Positions 8,035 through 12,590 of a stretch of DNA of 12,590 nt are shown here, piece by piece. This DNA comes from Ascoidea asiatica JCM 7603 (lineage: Eukaryota > Fungi > Ascomycota), in the NCBI GenBank assembly GCA_001600695.1, contig BCKQ01000002.1, forward strand, positions 1,396,562 to 1,409,151. Reading direction: 5' to 3'. A program made the translations under genes and the position numbers. Position 1 is the stretch's first letter; each line of letters opens with the position of its first letter. The notes beneath the pieces are model-generated. The model saw nothing but the letters and a program-made list of their open reading frames with translations, searched no databases and had not been told where the DNA came from.

Positions 8035-9696
8035 TTATCTTTCTAATATTTCTAAATCTGGTTGAAATTCAAATTGATTTTGAGTATTAGTTTGAATATT
8101 ATTTTCAAATTCATTATTAATTTGATTTTCATCTTTAGATTTAACTTTAATTGTTAAAGATAAACAAAAAGCAGAAAATATAAAAAAAAACATGATATAA
8201 AAACAAGTTGAAGGATAATTTTCAACAGTTAAAGAATATATGAATAAATACATTGAAGGTATAATTACCATACATAAACCTCTAATTAAAGTTATTGCAC
8301 CAAAAATTTCACCAGTTTTATTAATATTATTTAAATCTTGTTTAAGATATTTAATTATAGTACCATGAATTGTTGGAGTTATTACAGAACTTAAACCACT
8401 AAAAGAAGCAGAGAAATAAAAAATAAAATTATAATTTGAAAAAATTATAATTAATAATATTGATAAAGTAGTAATAAAAGTACAAATTTTTATAATTGTA
8501 TAATCAATAAAATCAATAGAATTTATAAAAACTTTAAAATTTAAAATTTTTTTTAAAAAAATTAAAAAATATGGTAAAAAAATAATTAAGAATATAATTC
8601 TTGAGATTCCAGTAATTGAAATATAATAACCAATTTGAATTGAATTCCAATTTAATTTATAAGTTGTGAATAATATTAAAAAAATCACACCAGCTGATAA
8701 AGTTGCAGTATTTAATAAATCTATTATTATTAATTTTATTACAATTATTTTTGTTTTTTTATGTTTTGAATTAAGTAATTTAATTGATTCAAAGATTTTT
8801 AAAATATTTTTAAATTTATTTAATAAAGTATTATCAGATGAATTTTGTTGATGAATTTGTTGATTTTGTTGAAATTGAATAGAATTTTTTAAAATATTTT
8901 GATTTGATTCAGGTAAGAAAAAAAAAATGAAAATAAGAGTAAATAAAGTTAAAATTATATCAATATAACAAGGTAAATAATTTGAATTAAAAGTATTAAT
9001 TAAAATAGTTGAAATTAAAGGACCAATTGCAAAACCAGAATAAAAAGAAGCTAAAATTAAACCAAGATAATAAACTCTATGAATTGGATTTGTGATATCA
9101 ATAATATAACTATTTGATAAACCTAAGATTAATAAAATTCCACCACCAAAACTTTCTATAATTCTAGTTAAAATAATTAAATTAAAATGAAAAGAGATTA
9201 TAGAATTTGGTAATAAAAAAAAAAAAGAAAAAATTTTTGAAATTAAATAAATTATAATTGATAATAAAATTATTGGTTTTCTACCATAATAATCAGATAA
9301 TTTACCTAATTTTCCAGAAACCATTACAGATATTGAAGACATTAATAAAGTTGAAATTGATTCTAATTTTGAAATAAGTTTTTGAGCTTCAGTTTTATTA
9401 CAATTATTATTTGAAATTGAAATTTTTGAACAAATTTTTTGTAATAAAAGACCAATTCTTGGAGAAATTGATAAACCAGAAGAAATGAAAAATAAAATTA
9501 ATGAAAAACATAATAAAAATACATTTTTTTTAATTTCTTTATCAGATAAATTATTATTATTATTATTATTATTATTAGTGGTAGTATTATTATTAGTATT
9601 ATGAGTTGAATCTTGACCTAAATCTGTATCAGTATCACTTAATAATGGAGTTTCATGAGTATCAATTGAGTTATTTTTTTTATAAAAGGGAATCAT
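8035..9696 (-). CDS. Major facilitator superfamily transporter, about 12 TM, SLC46/YJL163C-like, possibly vacuolar; substrate unknown
   Basis: 553 aa. MFS motif A GKLSDYYGRK; motif-C-like GFAIGPLI; two hydrophobic halves split by a hydrophilic loop after FFLPES; Cys pair in the first loop (ICSK...NCN..EAQ) typical of SLC46-like proteins; N-terminal ETPLL and poly-Asn. Confidence 0.93.
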   Translation of the reverse strand: MIPFYKKNNSIDTHETPLLSDTDTDLGQDSTHNTNNNTTTNNNNNNNNNLSDKEIKKNVFLLCFSLILFFISSGLSISPRIGLLLQKICSKISISNNNCNKTEAQKLISKLESISTLLMSSISVMVSGKLGKLSDYYGRKPIILLSIIIYLISKIFSFFFLLPNSIISFHFNLIILTRIIESFGGGILLILGLSNSYIIDITNPIHRVYYLGLILASFYSGFAIGPLISTILINTFNSNYLPCYIDIILTLFTLIFIFFFLPESNQNILKNSIQFQQNQQIHQQNSSDNTLLNKFKNILKIFESIKLLNSKHKKTKIIVIKLIIIDLLNTATLSAGVIFLILFTTYKLNWNSIQIGYYISITGISRIIFLIIFLPYFLIFLKKILNFKVFINSIDFIDYTIIKICTFITTLSILLIIIFSNYNFIFYFSASFSGLSSVITPTIHGTIIKYLKQDLNNINKTGEIFGAITLIRGLCMVIIPSMYLFIYSLTVENYPSTCFYIMFFFIFSAFCLSLTIKVKSKDENQINNEFENNIQTNTQNQFEFQPDLEILER

Positions 9697-9780
9697 TTTT
9701 AAAATGTTTTTTTAATTTATTTAAATGATAAATAAATGAATTTACATCACATAAAAGTGATAATAATATAATTTTAAAAT

Positions 9781-9824
9781 ATATTTTTTATATTTTTTAT
9801 ATTTTTTATGTCTTTTATATTCTT
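9781..9824. repeat. 9-bp tandem repeat ATATTTTTT (3 exact + 2 degenerate copies)
   Basis: atatttttt atatttttt atatttttt atgtctttt atattctt, located 85-128 bp upstream of the MFS start. Confidence 0.8.
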
Positions 9825-9945
9825 AATTAGTCTTTTTGAAATAGGTTTTAGTGTATATTTGTCTGAGAGCAGGGCTTGAACAGAGTATAGCAGCTTCTTC
9901 GCTCGGAGCCTGGGCTTAAGACCGGAACCACTGACAAAACAAGAG

Positions 9946-9964
9946 CTTATCAGGCCGTGATAAG
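9946..9964. promoter_or_regulatory. Palindromic double GATA site
   Basis: CTTATCA-GGCCG-TGATAAG: two GATAAG elements forming a perfect 7-bp inverted repeat about 250 bp upstream of the MFS ATG. Confidence 0.5.
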
Positions 9965-10151
9965 AAACAAGGAACAAAGGAGTCGGGCACCAGATCAGCG
10001 GTACTCCTCGCCGCTCTCAGATCTGTTGACAGAAATGCTTCAACAATCATTTCGGAGACCAGCATGATATATGATATATAAAGAGATATTGAAACAGCAT
10101 TAGTAAGCACACCAGCCAGATTATCAACTATAAGTATACAATATGTATTTG

Positions 10152-10160
10152 ATCACGTGA
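10152..10160. promoter_or_regulatory. Cbf1/Tye7-type E-box
   Basis: ATCACGTGA matches RTCACGTG/TCACGTGA. Confidence 0.55.
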
Positions 10161-10485
10161 AATACTGTTAAGCTATATTTCAAAAGATTTATTCGTCTTC
10201 TTGGAGAGTCACTTTTAGATAAATTCAACTTGATTTAACTTAACTTAATTTATAATTTCTCTTTAATTATAAACAGAGAAATTTGTTTCATAATGATAAC
10301 TACTCTAGGAATACATATTAATAAAAATTTTCATTTTTTTCATCAAGAGTCTAATAAACTGCATTACTTTTATATATACACTTTTATATCTTTATTGATT
10401 ATTTTAAAAATAATTAAACTTGAAATCAAATCAAAAATGTCAATGAAGTAAATTAAATCTAAGAATCTGAGTTAAGTTTCCTGTA

Positions 10486-10500
10486 TTTCCTAATTGGGAT
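10486..10500. promoter_or_regulatory. Mcm1 (MADS) site
   Basis: TTTCCTAATTGGGAT matches CCYWWWNNRG and is close to the palindrome TTTCCTAATTAGGAAA. Confidence 0.55.
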
Positions 10501-10940
10501 CCCACAACACGTAATTCAATGATTTCTATTAAATCCTATTTGAAAGACTATTATTTATTGGTATTTTAATAAAATATTGATTTCATTTTATTTCATACGC
10601 GCATTTGAATCTATTTACAAAGGAGTAACGTTAAAGGGTGAAATTAAATCAAAGGCGGAAGTTGAAAGAATGAATGAATGAATGAATATTTTTTATATAA
10701 TTGAGAGGAAATACAGTATGTGGAAATTTGTAAAAAGAATTAGTTTAGGTGATTGTGATTAATTATTTACCTTTTTTGAAAATAATGATTACCAAATTGA
10801 ATTAGAATTAATTTCAATAATTAACAAGTATTGAAGAATTCTCTTTAATGCTTAATTTTTTTTTTCAAACATTGGTACTTTTAATAACGGTGATTTAATC
10901 TTTTGGTCTCAAAATCAGATGTTTATGAATCAGTTTTTGA

Positions 10941-11005
10941 AATAATAATATTAAAATAATAATATTAAATAATAATATTAAATAATAATATTAAATAATA
11001 ATATT
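10941..11005. repeat. 13-bp minisatellite AATAATAATATTA, 5 copies
   Basis: Copies start at 10941, 10955, 10968, 10981 and 10994 (one extra A at 10954; last copy is 12 bp). Confidence 0.92.
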
Positions 11006-11104
11006 TTTTAAAAAGAATGTTCTCAAGGCTTGCGGCTTGTTTTTACGAATTGCTAAAGTTAACGTTGGGAACCGTAGCAGTGGCACCAATCCTCCTACTT
11101 TCCA

Positions 11105-11120
11105 TTGCTAATTTAGGAAA
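11105..11120 (-). promoter_or_regulatory. Second Mcm1-like site
   Basis: Minus strand TTTCCTAAATTAGCAA matches TTnCCYWWWNNRGnAA. Confidence 0.45.
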
Positions 11121-11535
11121 CCTCCCACAGCCTTGGCTCAAATCAACTGTTTGATTAACATGAAATTTTTGGGGTATGCCATCCTTTTTGGACTGATGCA
11201 CGTATCTCTACACCAAGCCACATTTATTTACTTTCATTTCATTTAAATATATAAATAAATTGTCTTGTTTGAAATTGTAACTAAAGTGATGAGTTCCTAT
11301 TAATTAAAAAAAAAACCCCTTAAACTTCACAACATTTTAATATTCTTAAAAATCATTCAAATCATTCAAATGGCTTTGCAAAGTTTCTTTTTAAAGAAGT
11401 AATTGCACGAGATCATTCCACTTTTTTAAGATTCAAAAGAAATATATATCAAAATAGAAATTTTTCATTATTCAACTCAGCCACGTGTTTGCCGTAAACT
11501 CAAAAGAGCCAACAAAAAATGCAACCTGCGAGCAA

Positions 11536-11546
11536 GTTATTTTTAG
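11536..11546. promoter_or_regulatory. Rlm1/MEF2-type site
   Basis: GTTATTTTTAG (CTAAAAATAAC on minus) fits YTA(W)4TAR and lies inside the GC island upstream of a cell-wall gene. AT-rich motifs can occur by chance. Confidence 0.45.
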
Positions 11547-11780
11547 ATTGGCGGATTAACAATAAAAGCTTGTTCTGTAGCCTGCTGCAGAGGAGCGTCT
11601 GCGGGTGTGCCAGTTCCGCTGTTTGCACCGACACCAGCGCCAGAACAAAGTCACCACCAATCAATCTCAACCAGCATAAATTTGTGCTCACTCCAGAAAT
11701 AGAAAAGAAAAAACAAAAAACAAACAAGAAACAAGAAACAACAAAAGTGAAAATAGTCGACTTTTTCTTATTTCAAACTC

Positions 11781-11787
11781 TTACCCG
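11781..11787 (+). promoter_or_regulatory. Reb1 site
   Basis: Exact TTACCCG about 280 bp upstream of the ATG at 12065. Confidence 0.5.
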
Positions 11788-11936
11788 TTTCTTCTTCTCA
11801 ACACTATTTAATTAAAAGCTTTTCCTACACTTTTAAAACAATTCTATTTATTCTTTTCTTCTTTCTTTCTTTCTTTCTCTACGATTAAATCAATTTAATT
11901 ATCTAACCACATACATTCGCTTATATCTCAATTAAA

Positions 11937-11944
11937 TATATAAA
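11937..11944 (+). promoter_or_regulatory. TATA box of the cell-wall protein gene
   Basis: TATATAAA (TATAWAWR) about 125 bp upstream of the ATG, preceded by a pyrimidine tract at about 11850-11880. Confidence 0.55.
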
Positions 11945-12064
11945 TTTACATCACTCCTTTGTTCTTTTTTAAATCAATTTAATAAAAAACTAATTAATTT
12001 TAACAATTAAATCAAGTCAAATAAAATAAATCTATCAATCAATTAACCAATATCTTTTTTAAAA

Positions 12065-12451
12065 ATGCAATTTTCAAAAATTTTATTAACCGCTATTTCA
12101 ATTACCGTTGCTTCTGCAGGTTATGTTAATGTCACTGTTTCTGATATTGCAACTACTGTTATTACCATTACTTCATGTTCTGGTCATTCTGTTTGTACTG
12201 AAGTTCCAATTACTACTGGTGTAACTACTGTTACTGAAACTGTTAAAGGTGAAGAAACTATTTACACAACTTATTGTCCATTAACTGCAACTTCAAAAGC
12301 TCCAGTTGAAACTTCTTCTGCTTCTGTTGTTGAAGTTTCTTCTTCTACTGCTAATTCAACTACTCCAGAAGTTGCAACTGCTAATTCTGCCAATAAAATC
12401 GCTTTAGGTTTTGGTTCAATTGCTGCTGGTGCTGCTTTATTCTTATTATAA
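12065..12451 (+). CDS. PGA59: Small GPI-anchored cell-wall mannoprotein, Pga59/Pga62/Ccw12 family (flocculin type 3 repeat)
   Basis: Signal peptide [18 protein letters not shown]; TTVITITSC....C...TTGVTTVT...YTTYCPL motif; S/T-rich stalk; NVT and NST sequons; candidate omega site N in NSA plus hydrophobic tail [16 protein letters not shown]; AAAA before the ATG; codons strongly biased to GGT/ACT/GTT/TCT/GCT. Exact orthology (PGA59, PGA62 or CCW12) is uncertain. Confidence 0.92.
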   Translation: MQFSKILLTAISITVASAGYVNVTVSDIATTVITITSCSGHSVCTEVPITTGVTTVTETVKGEETIYTTYCPLTATSKAPVETSSASVVEVSSSTANSTTPEVATANSANKIALGFGSIAAGAALFLL

Positions 12452-12490
12452 GTTTAATATTTATAATAAAAATGAATTTCATTAAATAAT

Positions 12491-12510
12491 TATATATATA
12501 TATATATATA
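12491..12510 (+). terminator. (TA)10 tract, likely a yeast 3'-end efficiency element
   Basis: TATATA run 40 bp after the stop, followed by a T tract near 12559-12571. Confidence 0.5.
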
Positions 12511-12590
12511 AAATTTAATTTTCTTGAAATATTCAAGGTTCTTCATTTTATGAATACCTTTTTTTTTTTTTATCTGATAAAATAATTTTT

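Noticed and set aside
9862-10020. TPP riboswitch resemblance (CTGAGA...CTGATCTGG on minus; CTGAGA...CTTGA on plus)
   Set aside because: No P5 stem with a GATAAT-type loop, no CCAGCG-A-G 3' segment, no P1-P3 support and no associated intron signals.
10043-10161. Point-centromere-like spacing: CACGTG box, 86 bp, then TCTCCGAAA on minus
   Set aside because: The spacer is only about 73% AT (23 G/C in 86 bp), whereas CDEII is over 90% AT. The CDEIII left half (TGTTT) is missing and the RTCACRTG match is on the opposite strand.
10941-11005. CRISPR-like or telomeric interpretation of the tandem repeats
   Set aside because: There are no spacers, the unit is pure AT with no G-rich strand, and the location is internal and eukaryotic.
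11164-11172. Sm-site-like AATTTTTGG
   Set aside because: No U1/U2/U4/U5 conserved sequences or telomerase features nearby; the motif is common in AT-rich DNA.
11500-11815. ORFs 11519-11815(+) and 11500-11727(-); likewise 1078-1260, 7403-7597 and 9774-9977
   Set aside because: They coincide with promoter islands or low-complexity DNA, lack the A/T-ending codon bias or any protein motif, and some rely on non-ATG starts.

Overview
Very AT-rich eukaryotic DNA, most likely from a budding yeast (Saccharomycotina-like), inferred from the gene families, Asn homopolymers, apparently intronless ORFs and yeast-type promoter motifs. It holds four genes: (1) a minus-strand hypothetical acidic/Asn-rich ORF starting at 896 and running off the left edge, which the ORF track missed; (2) a greatly expanded MUB1/samB MYND zinc-finger gene (1910-6895); (3) a minus-strand SLC46/YJL163C-like MFS transporter (8035-9696); (4) a small Pga59/Ccw12-type GPI cell-wall protein (12065-12451). 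The two divergent promoter regions contain GC-rich islands with recognisable transcription-factor motifs. I see no tRNA, rRNA, transposon or CRISPR array, and no multi-gene novel system that I can support. The best leads are: a GC island upstream of the MFS gene that can form a textbook H-type pseudoknot and a competing long-range helix; Rpn4-type sites upstream of MUB1, suggesting feedback; a CTG codon at a conserved Mub1 position; and a synonymous-composition shift inside MUB1. All family assignments are from remembered motifs, not database searches.
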